Shown: positions 30,111-39,078 of the stretch, piece after piece
Numbering within the stretch: position 1 is the stretch's first letter
Layout of the letters: each line of letters starts with the position of its first letter
NCBI GenBank assembly: GCA_963833565.1
Contig: CAWHYO010000039.1
Location: 74,303 to 138,302 of the forward strand
From: an uncultured Alphaproteobacteria bacterium
GTDB taxonomy: Bacteria; Pseudomonadota; Alphaproteobacteria; Rhizobiales; Rhodomicrobiaceae
Direction of reading: 5' to 3'
Length of the DNA: 64,000 nucleotides
Translations under genes and position numbers: made by a program
The notes under the pieces: model-generated
The model's input: the letters and a program-made list of their open reading frames with translations, nothing else
Database searches by the model: none
Told to the model about the DNA's origin: nothing

Positions 30111-31757
30111 CTAAATTTCTAGAACGGTGGGCCGCGTCTGCCGCAGCCATGTCGATACCATCAGGCGTGTAACAGTGATGGCGGTAAAAAGGGAGCTTAT
30201 GATACCGAAAGAAAGGGTGACGGCGAAACCCCGCACCGTGCCTGATCCGAAGGCATAGAGGATGAGGGCCGCCAGAAGAGCCGTCAAATGCGAGTCGATG
30301 ATCGTGCCATAGGCGCGGTCAAACCCGGCCTCGATGGATGAGACGATGCCGCGGCCGCCCTTCATTTCTTCGCGTACTCGCTCGTAGATCAGCACGTTGG
30401 CGTCAACGGCCACGCCCATGGTGAGCACCATGCCCGCGATGCCCGGCAAGGTCAGCGTCGCGTGGAAAAGCGACAGGCATGCCATGATGATGGCGATGTT
30501 GACGATAAGCGCGATAATCGAGAACAGGCCGAAGAGGCCGTATCCCGCGATCATCAAAGCCGACACCGCAATAAACCCGGCGATAGCCGCCCTCTTTCCG
30601 GACTCGATCGAGTCCGCGCCGAGGCTCGGGCCGACTGAGCGCTCCTCAATGATCGAGAGCGCCGCGGGCAGCGCACCGGACCTCAACAGCAGCGCCAGCC
30701 TGTTCACTTCTTCCTGGCTGAAGTTGCCGGTAATCTGTCCGCGCCCGCCAGGGATTTCCGACCGGATGACCGGCGCGGATATGACCTTGTTATCGAGGAC
30801 GATCGCGAAGGGCTTGCCGATGTTTTCCCGCGTCACTCGCGCGAAAGCGCCAGCGCCCTTGCTGTTGAACTCGAAATCGACGGCGCGCTCACCAATCCCG
30901 CCTGCCCGGTTGTCGTATCCGGCATAGGCATTGGTGAGATCGTCGCCGCTGACAATCACCTCCTTATGGAGGAGCACTTTTCGGCCCGGATGCTCGGCAT
31001 CAGGCAACAGCATATCGTCCGGCGGAACGCCATTGGCCTCCGCATCCTCCGCAGACATGGATAAATCTACCAGCTGGAATGTCAGTTTCGCCGTCGTTCC
31101 GACGCGCGCCTTGACCTCTTCCGGCGCAAGGCCCGGCACCTGGATCAGAATGCGGTCCTTGCCGTTCGCCCCGCCCTGCGCCTGAATGGTTGCTTCGGTC
31201 GTTCCCGTCGGATCGACGCGCCGCCGGATGACCTCGATGGAGCGCGTGATCGCGTTCTCGACGCGGTTTTGCATCCCGGCCGGCGTCGGCTCGATGGTGA
31301 TCACACCGTTTTCGCCGCCCTGAACCAAAAGATCGTAGCCTGCGCCACTGCTCCTTCCCGTGAGTAGTGATGCCGACAGAGGTTGCGCCAGGGTCTTCAG
31401 CCGTGTCAGCGCGGCTTGCATTTTATCCGGGTCCCGCAAGGTGATGCGAACTGCATTGCCTGCGATCACCACGCCGGAATGGGCTATCTTTTCTTCGCTC
31501 AACCCGTGCCGCGCCTCGATCTGGATCGATTGCAGCCAGTCCTTCCGGAGCTGGGCCGTATCGATCTGATAAAGAAGGTGCGTGCCTCCCCGAAGGTCGA
31601 GGCCCAACGGCATGCGCGGCAGCTGCGCCCAGGCTGGAAGACTGTCGTAAGTCGAAATCGGAATGATGTTCGGGAGCGCAAGGACGATGGACGCAAGCGA
31701 AATGAAAAGCGTCACCAGCGCGCCCCAGCGCGAGAAATGCAACGAAAACCCATACAT
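30111..31757 (-). CDS. secD: Protein translocase subunit SecD
   Basis: LGLDLRGG, VGPSLG, AVDANVLIYERVREE. Confidence 0.98.
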   Translation of the reverse strand: MYGFSLHFSRWGALVTLFISLASIVLALPNIIPISTYDSLPAWAQLPRMPLGLDLRGGTHLLYQIDTAQLRKDWLQSIQIEARHGLSEEKIAHSGVVIAGNAVRITLRDPDKMQAALTRLKTLAQPLSASLLTGRSSGAGYDLLVQGGENGVITIEPTPAGMQNRVENAITRSIEVIRRRVDPTGTTEATIQAQGGANGKDRILIQVPGLAPEEVKARVGTTAKLTFQLVDLSMSAEDAEANGVPPDDMLLPDAEHPGRKVLLHKEVIVSGDDLTNAYAGYDNRAGGIGERAVDFEFNSKGAGAFARVTRENIGKPFAIVLDNKVISAPVIRSEIPGGRGQITGNFSQEEVNRLALLLRSGALPAALSIIEERSVGPSLGADSIESGKRAAIAGFIAVSALMIAGYGLFGLFSIIALIVNIAIIMACLSLFHATLTLPGIAGMVLTMGVAVDANVLIYERVREEMKGGRGIVSSIEAGFDRAYGTIIDSHLTALLAALILYAFGSGTVRGFAVTLSFGIISSLFTAITVTRLMVSTWLRQTRPTVLEI

Positions 31758-31787
31758 GCGAGGTATGTCCTTTTGATGCGCTGCCTG

Positions 31788-32201
31788 TTAGCGGCTGCTT
31801 ATGAGCCTGCTAAGCGGCGGGCTGCTTTCCGCTTTCGTCTCCATCCGGCGCGGGTGATTTGCTTGGCGGCTCGCCCTGGTTTTCTCTTTCACAGGCTCGC
31901 CCTTGCCGCGCACCTCGGTGATTGAGCCCTTGGCGAGGCGGATCTGAACGCCGTCCGCAATTTCGACCCTGAGCTCACCTTCAGCGACACGGATGACCTT
32001 TCCGATAATCCCGCCCGTAGTCACAATCGTGTCGCCGCGCTTCACCGCATCGATCATCGCCTGATGCTCCTTCATCCGCTTTTGCTGCGGCCTGAAAACC
32101 AGGAGATAGAAAATGCCGAAAACCAGAATCAGCGGGAAAAAAAGGCCCAGTATGTCGCCGCCGCCAGCGCCTGTGGTTTGAGCCAATGCAGGAGAAATCA
32201 T
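31788..32201 (-). CDS. yajC: Preprotein translocase subunit YajC (tail possibly frameshifted)
   Basis: FYLLVFRPQQKR, GDTIVTTGGIIG. Confidence 0.95.
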   Translation of the reverse strand: MISPALAQTTGAGGGDILGLFFPLILVFGIFYLLVFRPQQKRMKEHQAMIDAVKRGDTIVTTGGIIGKVIRVAEGELRVEIADGVQIRLAKGSITEVRGKGEPVKEKTRASRQANHPRRMETKAESSPPLSRLISSR

Positions 32202-32398
32202 CAAAAGACCCCGTGGTGAGCGGAAAACGAGAGCGCGCCCTTAAAGACGCGCCGGTGCAAGCATTGTCGTCTTATAGCGGCTTGCCCAGAGTTCGCAACT
32301 TCCGCAATGCGGCGTTGCGTCAGTGGTAAAATAGCGCATAGTGCGCGTCTCTTCCAGGCCCCACCCGCGGTAATCCCGGCTTTCAACATCGCGCCGCC

Positions 32399-33265
32399 AT
32401 GCAAAAAAACTCAGCGTCACTCGAAACCACTCTCCTCAGAATCGCGGAAGCGCTGGAGCGCCTGGCGCCGGCAGAGCCTCCTGTCCCGGATTTCGAGGCG
32501 GCGGAGGCCTTCATCTGGCAGGCGGAGGAGAATCGCTTCCTTCCCGTCGCGCATGTGAACCGGATGCCTATCGAGCTCTTGAAGTCGGTGGATCGCATGC
32601 GGGATACGCTGCTCGCCAATACCGAGAACTTCGCGCGCGGCCTCCCCGCCAATAATGCGCTTCTGTGGGGATCGCGCGGCATGGGGAAAAGCTCGCTCGT
32701 GAAGGCGGTTCATGCCGAGGTCGCGGCCCGTCAGGGGAAGGCTGCTCTCAGGCTCGTCGAGATTCACCGCGAGGATATTTCGAGCCTGCCGCGGTGCCTT
32801 TCCTATTTGCGAGGCCAGCCGCACCGGTTCATCGTTTTCTGCGACGACCTCTCTTTCGACGCGGACGACACATCCTACAAATCGCTGAAAGCCGTGCTGG
32901 AGGGCGGCATCGAAGGCCGCCCGGAGAACGTCGTCTTCTACGCGACCTCGAATCGCCGCCACCTCATGCCCCGCGAAATGATGGAGAACGAGCGGGCGAC
33001 CGCCATCAATCCGGGCGAGGCGGTGGAGGAGAAGGTTTCGCTCTCCGACCGCTTCGGGCTTTGGATCGGCTTCCACAATTGCAGCCAGGCCGATTATCTC
33101 GACATGGTGTCGGGCTACGCCGGGCATTACGGGCTGAAGGTTCCGCCGGAGCGGCTGCGGGCCGAGGCGCTGGAATGGGCGATGACCCGCGGCTCGCGGT
33201 CGGGCCGCGTTGCCTGGCAGTACATCCAGGATTTGGCCGGCCGGCTCGGACAGAGGCTCGGCTGA
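32399..33265 (+). CDS. DUF815 AAA+ ATPase
   Basis: LLWGSRGMGKSS Walker A, FCDDLSF, YATSNRRHL, SLSDRFG. Confidence 0.92.
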   Translation: MQKNSASLETTLLRIAEALERLAPAEPPVPDFEAAEAFIWQAEENRFLPVAHVNRMPIELLKSVDRMRDTLLANTENFARGLPANNALLWGSRGMGKSSLVKAVHAEVAARQGKAALRLVEIHREDISSLPRCLSYLRGQPHRFIVFCDDLSFDADDTSYKSLKAVLEGGIEGRPENVVFYATSNRRHLMPREMMENERATAINPGEAVEEKVSLSDRFGLWIGFHNCSQADYLDMVSGYAGHYGLKVPPERLRAEALEWAMTRGSRSGRVAWQYIQDLAGRLGQRLG

Positions 33266-33277
33266 CGGCGGGCGCCG

Positions 33278-34030
33278 CTATGCTTCTTTTTGCAGAGGCT
33301 GGCGCGTGAACAGGAGTTTCGAGAGCTCTTTTTCGCCGAGCTTGTCTGCGAGTTCCCGATAACCAAAATACGGGATCAGGATCAGAAACATGAGCAAGGC
33401 TTCCGCGAGTGCTTCCGGCCGCGTTCCCCTTTGCAACACCGTCAAAGCATCCCGGACATTCTCACCATGCAAATAATCGAGAACCACGCCTTCAACGGTG
33501 TTCATGACGAGCAGAAGAACTGTGAAGAGCACCGCCTTCTTCAAAATATTAAGAACAAGAGCTTGGGAAGCATCTTTCCATTGACCGACCTTGAGCGTTT
33601 CCAGCATGAGCACGAACTTCCCAAGAATGAGAGCCTTTACGATTGCGAGACCGATGCGGGTGGGCGCGATCCCCTCACTCTCGAGGATGGCAGCCTTAAA
33701 GAAAAGCAAAGCTCCAAAGCAAACGGCCAGATAACCGGCAATCTTCAGGTATTCGATGAGTTCGTTGCGCAGCCGGCGCGCGAGCGTTGGCTTTTTCGGC
33801 TCCGGCGGCGCCTTCGTCTCCGCTTCCGCGTCAGGCGCGGCCAGCGGCCCGTTGGCCGGTGCTGCGACTGACCATCCGGAGGCTCCGCTTCCGTCGATCC
33901 CGCCGGGCATGTCCTCGGTCCAGATGGCCAGCGGCTGAGTTTTGCCCGCCTCTATGAGCTTTACGATCTCCTCGTTCGTGACCGGTCCGATCTTCGCGCC
34001 ATTTTCCGCGTAATACCATTTCATTTCCAT
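33278..34030 (-). CDS. GYF_2 (DUF4339)-like domain fused to a 4-TM membrane domain
   Basis: KWYYAENGAKIGPV...IWTEDM N-terminus; KALILGKF and four hydrophobic helices. Confidence 0.7.
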   Translation of the reverse strand: MEMKWYYAENGAKIGPVTNEEIVKLIEAGKTQPLAIWTEDMPGGIDGSGASGWSVAAPANGPLAAPDAEAETKAPPEPKKPTLARRLRNELIEYLKIAGYLAVCFGALLFFKAAILESEGIAPTRIGLAIVKALILGKFVLMLETLKVGQWKDASQALVLNILKKAVLFTVLLLVMNTVEGVVLDYLHGENVRDALTVLQRGTRPEALAEALLMFLILIPYFGYRELADKLGEKELSKLLFTRQPLQKEA

Positions 34031-34512
34031 CAGGCTTGCCCCTCAGCAGCTTGCACGCTCAATAGCATGACCGAAAATGCCAAACTTAAGATAGCGCCAT
34101 CACTGTCGGAAGGTGAGCCGAAATTATCTTTCCATCAACGTTGGATCGAGGCGTGACATGAAGCACCGGGTCAGTGGACGCCGCAGCCCTCACATCAGGT
34201 GATGAGTTAACGCCCGCTGCGGCCGGTGAATTCATCCATGCTCCTGCTCAATGGCCGGCGTATCAAAGTCATGCCCGCGGCGAGCGTAGCACGCTTGCCA
34301 CAGCAGATTCCGAGAATGCCAACCTTAAGCTGCGCACCCATGACTGTGGAAGATGGGCTGGAAGTATCTTTGCATCAAGCTCAGATCGATACGTAACGTG
34401 ACGCGGTTCGCGATCCCATTCGCAAGCTTGGCAATAGATTTAGACTCGATAGTTAAAGTATACATCAAGGCAAAAATAAGTTATATACAAGGGTATTCAC
34501 TTTATTCATCAT

Positions 34513-34526
34513 TTGATTTTTCGCAA
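34513..34526. promoter_or_regulatory. FNR/NnrR-type box upstream of nirK
   Basis: TTGAT-TTTT-CGCAA (TTG-N8-CAA) in an AT-rich leader about 115 nt before the nirK ATG. Confidence 0.6.
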
Positions 34527-34640
34527 ATACTATTTGTCGGTTGATTGCCTAGTCTGTCACCATTTAGATATTGTATGTGGGATACCACTCGCGCGCCGAC
34601 AGAGGGTATTTTCCTACTTCTGCTTCCCAGGGTGACTTCG

Positions 34641-36067
34641 ATGAAATTCCTGACGTGGCTGACAGTGCTGCTGCTGCCGGCCCTCCTGGCAACCGCGGCG
34701 ATGGCGCAAAATGCGCAGAAACCCGCCCCAGAGCCCAGACTCAGGCAAACGAGGCCAAGCCGCACGGTGACTTGCACATCCCCGTTGTCTTCACGCTTAG
34801 AACCGGCATCGCCAACGGCCGCATGGTCTACATCGGTTTTGGCGGCGGCATCGCAGGCAAGATCAACCCCACGCTCAAGGTGCATGAGGGTGAGACGGTG
34901 CAAATCAACCTCATCAATGGCGAGGGCGCTGAGCACGATATCGTGCTCGATCAATTCGCGGCGCGCTCGGATCGCGTCGTTGGCAAGGGAGCCAGCAGCA
35001 TCCTTTCCTTTACTGCCGATCAGCGCGGCGATTCCGTTTATTATTGCTCCGTCCCTGGCCATCGCGAAGCGGGCATGGAGGGCAAGATCGAGGTCATTGC
35101 AGGGCCGCGGGCAGGCGCTGTCGCCGGGGCTTCCGACATCGTTCGCGATCCCACCGATCTGCCCGGACCCATCCATGAGCGGGCATCGAAAGTGGTGCGG
35201 GTCGATCTGGAGGCGGTCGAACTCGCCGGGCAGCTCGACTACAAAACCACCTATAACTATTGGACCTTCAACGGCAAGGTGCCGGGTCCCTTCCTCCGGG
35301 TGCGCGTGGGCGATACGGTCGAGGTTCACCTCAAGAACCGGGAAGACAGCGTGATGTTTCACTCCGTGGATTTTCACGCGGCCATGGGCCCCGGCGGAGG
35401 CAGCGATTTCACCCAGACCCGGCCCGGCCGGGAGAGCGTGATGACTTTCAAGGCGCTTGTGCCCGGACTTTTCGTCTATCACTGCGCAACGCCGAGCGCC
35501 GCCCACCACATCACGAACGGCATGTACGGGCTCATCCTGGTCGAGCCCGAGGGCGGCCTGCCCCAGGTTGACCGCGAGTTCTATGTGATGCAGGGCGAGC
35601 TTTACACGGCCCAGCCCTTCGGCACCGAAGGCGCTCAGGAGATGGATTATGAGAAGCTCATGTCCGAAAGGCCGGAATATTTCCTTTTCAATGGCGCTGT
35701 CGGCGCTCTGACAAAGGGGCATCCCTTACGCGCACGCGCTGGTGAGACGATCCGCATCTTCTTCGGGGTTGGCGGCCCGAACTTCACGTCGTCCTTCCAT
35801 ATGATCGGGGAAATCTTCGACCGCGTGTATCAGGCCGGGGGCGTTGGAGCGCCGCCTCTGACCGGGGTTCAAACCATATCGGTGCCACCGGGCGGAGCCG
35901 TCATCGCCGATCTCAGGATCGAAAGGGGCGGACGTTTCACGCTCGTCGATCATGCCCTTTCCCGTACCGAGCGGGGCCTTGCAGGCTTTCTGATCGTGGA
36001 AGGCCCGCTCAACGATGAGATCATGCATAGCGGCGGCGTGCCGAAGCAGGGCGCGGCTCTCCCGTAA
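34641..36067 (+). CDS. nirK: Copper nitrite reductase with an extra N-terminal cupredoxin domain (frameshift near 34740)
   Basis: Signal peptide MKFLTWLTVLLLPALLATAAMA; N-terminal T1 Cu site (HD...YCSVPGHREAGM); core HSVDFH, YHCATPSAAHHITNGM, SSFHMIG, LVDH. Confidence 0.95.
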
Positions 36068-36139
36068 GGCAGGAACTTTGCGCCGGATGCCGATCTGCGG
36101 GCTCCCGGCGCTGAAGCGGACAAATGTGAGGCCCTCGCC

Positions 36140-36164
36140 GCAACAACATTCCGCCGACGGCGTT
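36140..36164 (+). promoter_or_regulatory. Putative sigma-EcfG promoter
   Basis: GCAAC-N16-CGTT about 30 nt upstream of the ATG at 36194; AGGAG RBS. Confidence 0.45.
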
Positions 36165-36193
36165 TGACTCCTATCTAAACAGGAGCAAACGGC

Positions 36194-36715
36194 ATGAAAA
36201 GAACCCTCATCGCGCTGTTCGCAACCGCAGCGCTGGCAATACCCGCCGCGGCGCAACAGCAAAATCCCAACCAGAGTTCCAGCCCAAACACCAGCCAGAA
36301 CCAGACCCCCGGCCAAGATCAAAACGCCGGTCAAAACCAAAGCGGCGGTCAGGATCAGAGCGCCGATCCATCGGGTCCATCTACGAGCGGAAGGTCCCGG
36401 TTTGGTTCGATCACTATCACTCACGGCCAGACCCGCATGCTGCAGCAGGCGTTGAACAGCCAGGGCCTGAACGCTGGTCCGGTGGACGGCGTCATGGGCT
36501 CACAGACCCGGGAGGCGCTGAAAAAGTATCAGAGCCAGAAGGGTCTTAACGCATCCGGCGAGATCGATCGCCAGACCCTCGCCTCTTTGCTGTCGCAAAA
36601 AGGAGGGACGGCCAGCGCGTCTTCGGGAAGCCAGCGAACTGCGTCTCAGAAAAAGCACGGGGATGTCGTCTCAGCACCACAACCAGGGTCAGGGCAGCTC
36701 TCATTATTGATGTAA
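36194..36715 (+). CDS. Secreted peptidoglycan-binding domain protein with a Q/N/S/G-rich linker
   Basis: Signal peptide ending AAA; LQQALNSQG...[24 protein letters not shown]...GEIDRQTL (PG_binding_1). Confidence 0.88.
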   Translation: MKRTLIALFATAALAIPAAAQQQNPNQSSSPNTSQNQTPGQDQNAGQNQSGGQDQSADPSGPSTSGRSRFGSITITHGQTRMLQQALNSQGLNAGPVDGVMGSQTREALKKYQSQKGLNASGEIDRQTLASLLSQKGGTASASSGSQRTASQKKHGDVVSAPQPGSGQLSLLM

Positions 36716-36776
36716 GATAACCGGCGGGCCGCGATCGCCTTTGCGGGCGGCCTGCTCCATGAGCATGGCAAGCCGC

Positions 36777-37688
36777 ATGTCCTCGGTCCCACTGGATTGC
36801 GCCATCATCGGAGGCGGCCCGGCCGGCATGACGGCTGCGCTATACCTTGCCCGCTACAACAGGCGTTTCGCGCTCTTTGACAGCGGGAACAGCCGCGCCG
36901 CCTGGATACCCGAAAGTCACAATCTTCCGCTGTTCACGCAAGGCATCGCGGGACCCGAAATCCTTCGAAGACAGCGCGAACACCTCGAGGCCTACGGCGC
37001 GCCGATCATCGATGCGAGCCGTCACAAAGCTGGACAAGGACGGGGGCTGGCTTCACCGCCCGGTTCTGGGAAAATGGCAGCGCCTCGGAGTTGTCTGCGC
37101 GCTTTATCATACTCGCAACCGGCGTCGGTGGACATCGCGCCACGCATTCCGGACGTCGAAGAGGCCGTAAAGCGGGGGCTGATCCGCTATTGCCCGATAT
37201 GCGACGGATACGAGGCCAGGGGCCGGAAGGTCGGGGTAATCGGCATTGGTGACAGGGGGCTGGGGGAAGCTTGTTTCATCGCCCGCACCTATTCGTCTGA
37301 CGTCACCCTCCTGTCTTTTCATGAACCGCTGGTCCTGAGCGCCGGGGAGCTGGAAACGGCGAAGGCGCATGGAATCACGGTAATCCGGGAACCGGTCGCA
37401 ACGCTCGCTTTCAATGGACGCGCCATCTTTGCGAAGGCAGCGGGAGGCGGGAGGGACTATGAGTTCGACGTCATGTACTCCGCGCTCGGCGTCCATTACC
37501 GGTCGGCGCTCGCGACCGCCCTTGGCGCAGAGACCGACGAGATGGGCGCGTTGACGGTCGGCGATCATTCGGAAACAACCATTCCCGGCCTTTACGCGGC
37601 GGGAGACGTGACGAGAGGGCTCAACCAGATCGTTGTCGCGATGGGTCAGGCCGCCAGAGCCGCGACCCACATCCACAACCGCCTCTAA
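36777..37688 (+). CDS. Thioredoxin reductase-like NAD(P)/FAD oxidoreductase (internal compensating frameshifts about 37015-37125)
   Basis: [15 protein letters not shown] CxxC, YAAGDV. Confidence 0.88.
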   Translation: MSSVPLDCAIIGGGPAGMTAALYLARYNRRFALFDSGNSRAAWIPESHNLPLFTQGIAGPEILRRQREHLEAYGAPIIDASRHKAGQGRGLASPPGSGKMAAPRSCLRALSYSQPASVDIAPRIPDVEEAVKRGLIRYCPICDGYEARGRKVGVIGIGDRGLGEACFIARTYSSDVTLLSFHEPLVLSAGELETAKAHGITVIREPVATLAFNGRAIFAKAAGGGRDYEFDVMYSALGVHYRSALATALGAETDEMGALTVGDHSETTIPGLYAAGDVTRGLNQIVVAMGQAARAATHIHNRL

Positions 37689-37690
37689 GA

Positions 37691-37903
37691 TCAGGATGTG
37701 CGCTGGTCTACGGTTTTCGTCTCAAAAGCGGGGGCAGCGGAGTTTTGCTTTTTGGAAGCACAAGACCAGACGTCAACCAATGTCGGATTCGGAATGCAGT
37801 CCCAAAGATCCCCCGCAAGGGGTTCGCTCCCCTGCTGCTGGTCGGCCGCACATGCGGACAAGAATACGGTTGACACAAGAATTAAAAAACTGACACGGAC
37901 CAT
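37691..37903 (-). CDS. Small putative lipoprotein
   Basis: MVRVSFLILVSTVFLSAC lipobox; GGAGG RBS; two further Cys. Confidence 0.55.
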   Translation of the reverse strand: MVRVSFLILVSTVFLSACAADQQQGSEPLAGDLWDCIPNPTLVDVWSCASKKQNSAAPAFETKTVDQRTS

Positions 37904-38067
37904 GGCGTGGCCTCCGTGCAAAGAGCGAATCTCAGTTTTTATTAGAATGAGGGACGCCTGCGCCGGCAATGGTGCAATTGTATCCAAACCATGCCGAGGC
38001 ACAACCGTTGCGAATTTGCCACCAGTGGCTAAGTCTTAGTCCGATCTTGATCGGGAAGGGGAATAAA

Positions 38068-38464
38068 ATGGATACTGAAATATGCTGCGCCCGCTTTCGG
38101 GCTCGTGTTGCTGATGGCGACAGCTCCAGCTTTCGCCCAGGAGGCTAAACCCTTCGTCGCGAAGAGTGGCGAAACCGTCGATCTAATGCCGGTGTATGGC
38201 GCATCGAGATGCCGTTCCAACCTGATTGCACCGCCGGAGCTGGATGTTCTGCAAGCCCCGGCGGAGTTGAAGCTCAGCGTCAGGGAGGAAATGGTTACCC
38301 CCAGCAAGTGCCGCGAGAAGATCAAGGGCGGGCAGGTCGTGGTCACCGTGGGCGAGGTCAAGCAGCCTGTAGAGGGGAAGCTGGCGTTCCGGGTGATTTA
38401 CAAAGCCAAGGACGGGACGCACCAGGTCAGCCACCTCTACAACGTCTCGCTCCTTCCAAAGTAA
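38068..38464 (+). CDS. Exported hypothetical protein (probable indel just after the ATG)
   Basis: ILKYAAPAFGLVLLMATAPAFA signal peptide; beta-rich mature domain with two Cys. Confidence 0.65.
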
Positions 38465-38476
38465 CGCTCGTCCGGT

Positions 38477-38953
38477 TCACCAAAGCAGCGAAAGCGGCAG
38501 CTCCGTCGTGCTCTTCACCTCGGAGATCGCCATGGAGGAGTTGGTGAACTGAACGGACGCGACCTGGGTCAGATGCTTGCGGAAGAAGGCCTCGTAGGAG
38601 GCGGCGTCGCGCGTGATCACCCGCAAGAGATAATCCGTTTCCCCGAGCAGCGTATGGCACTCGACCACCTCGGGGAAACGGCGGACAGCCTCCTCGAACA
38701 TCGGAAGCGTGCGCTGTCCGTGCGCTTGCAGTTTCACATGCGCGAAGACCATCATGTCGAGGCCAAGCTTATGCCGGTCGAGGAGAGCGACGCGCTTCTT
38801 GATGATGCCTGAACTCTCCAGCCTCTCGATGCGCCTCCAAACAGAGGATTGCGACGCGCCGGCCCTCGCCGCTATATCGGCCGTGGAAAGCGAAGCATCG
38901 GACTGGAGAAGCGACAGGATTGTGCGGTCTATCGGATCAAGATCTATTGGCAT
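38477..38953 (-). CDS. Lrp/AsnC family transcriptional regulator
   Basis: LDPIDRTILSLLQ, WRRIERLE..GII, FPEVVECH..GETDYLLRV. Confidence 0.96.
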   Translation of the reverse strand: MPIDLDPIDRTILSLLQSDASLSTADIAARAGASQSSVWRRIERLESSGIIKKRVALLDRHKLGLDMMVFAHVKLQAHGQRTLPMFEEAVRRFPEVVECHTLLGETDYLLRVITRDAASYEAFFRKHLTQVASVQFTNSSMAISEVKSTTELPLSLLW

Positions 38954-39078
38954 GATTTATTCAGGAAAGCTGCTGGGACTGAATGAGGATCACAAATAAG
39001 CTATTCCCACTCGCGCAACTTTGCAAAATCTTTTCAGTTTCCCCATGTGATAATCATAATTTATCAGGGGAGTCGTCC

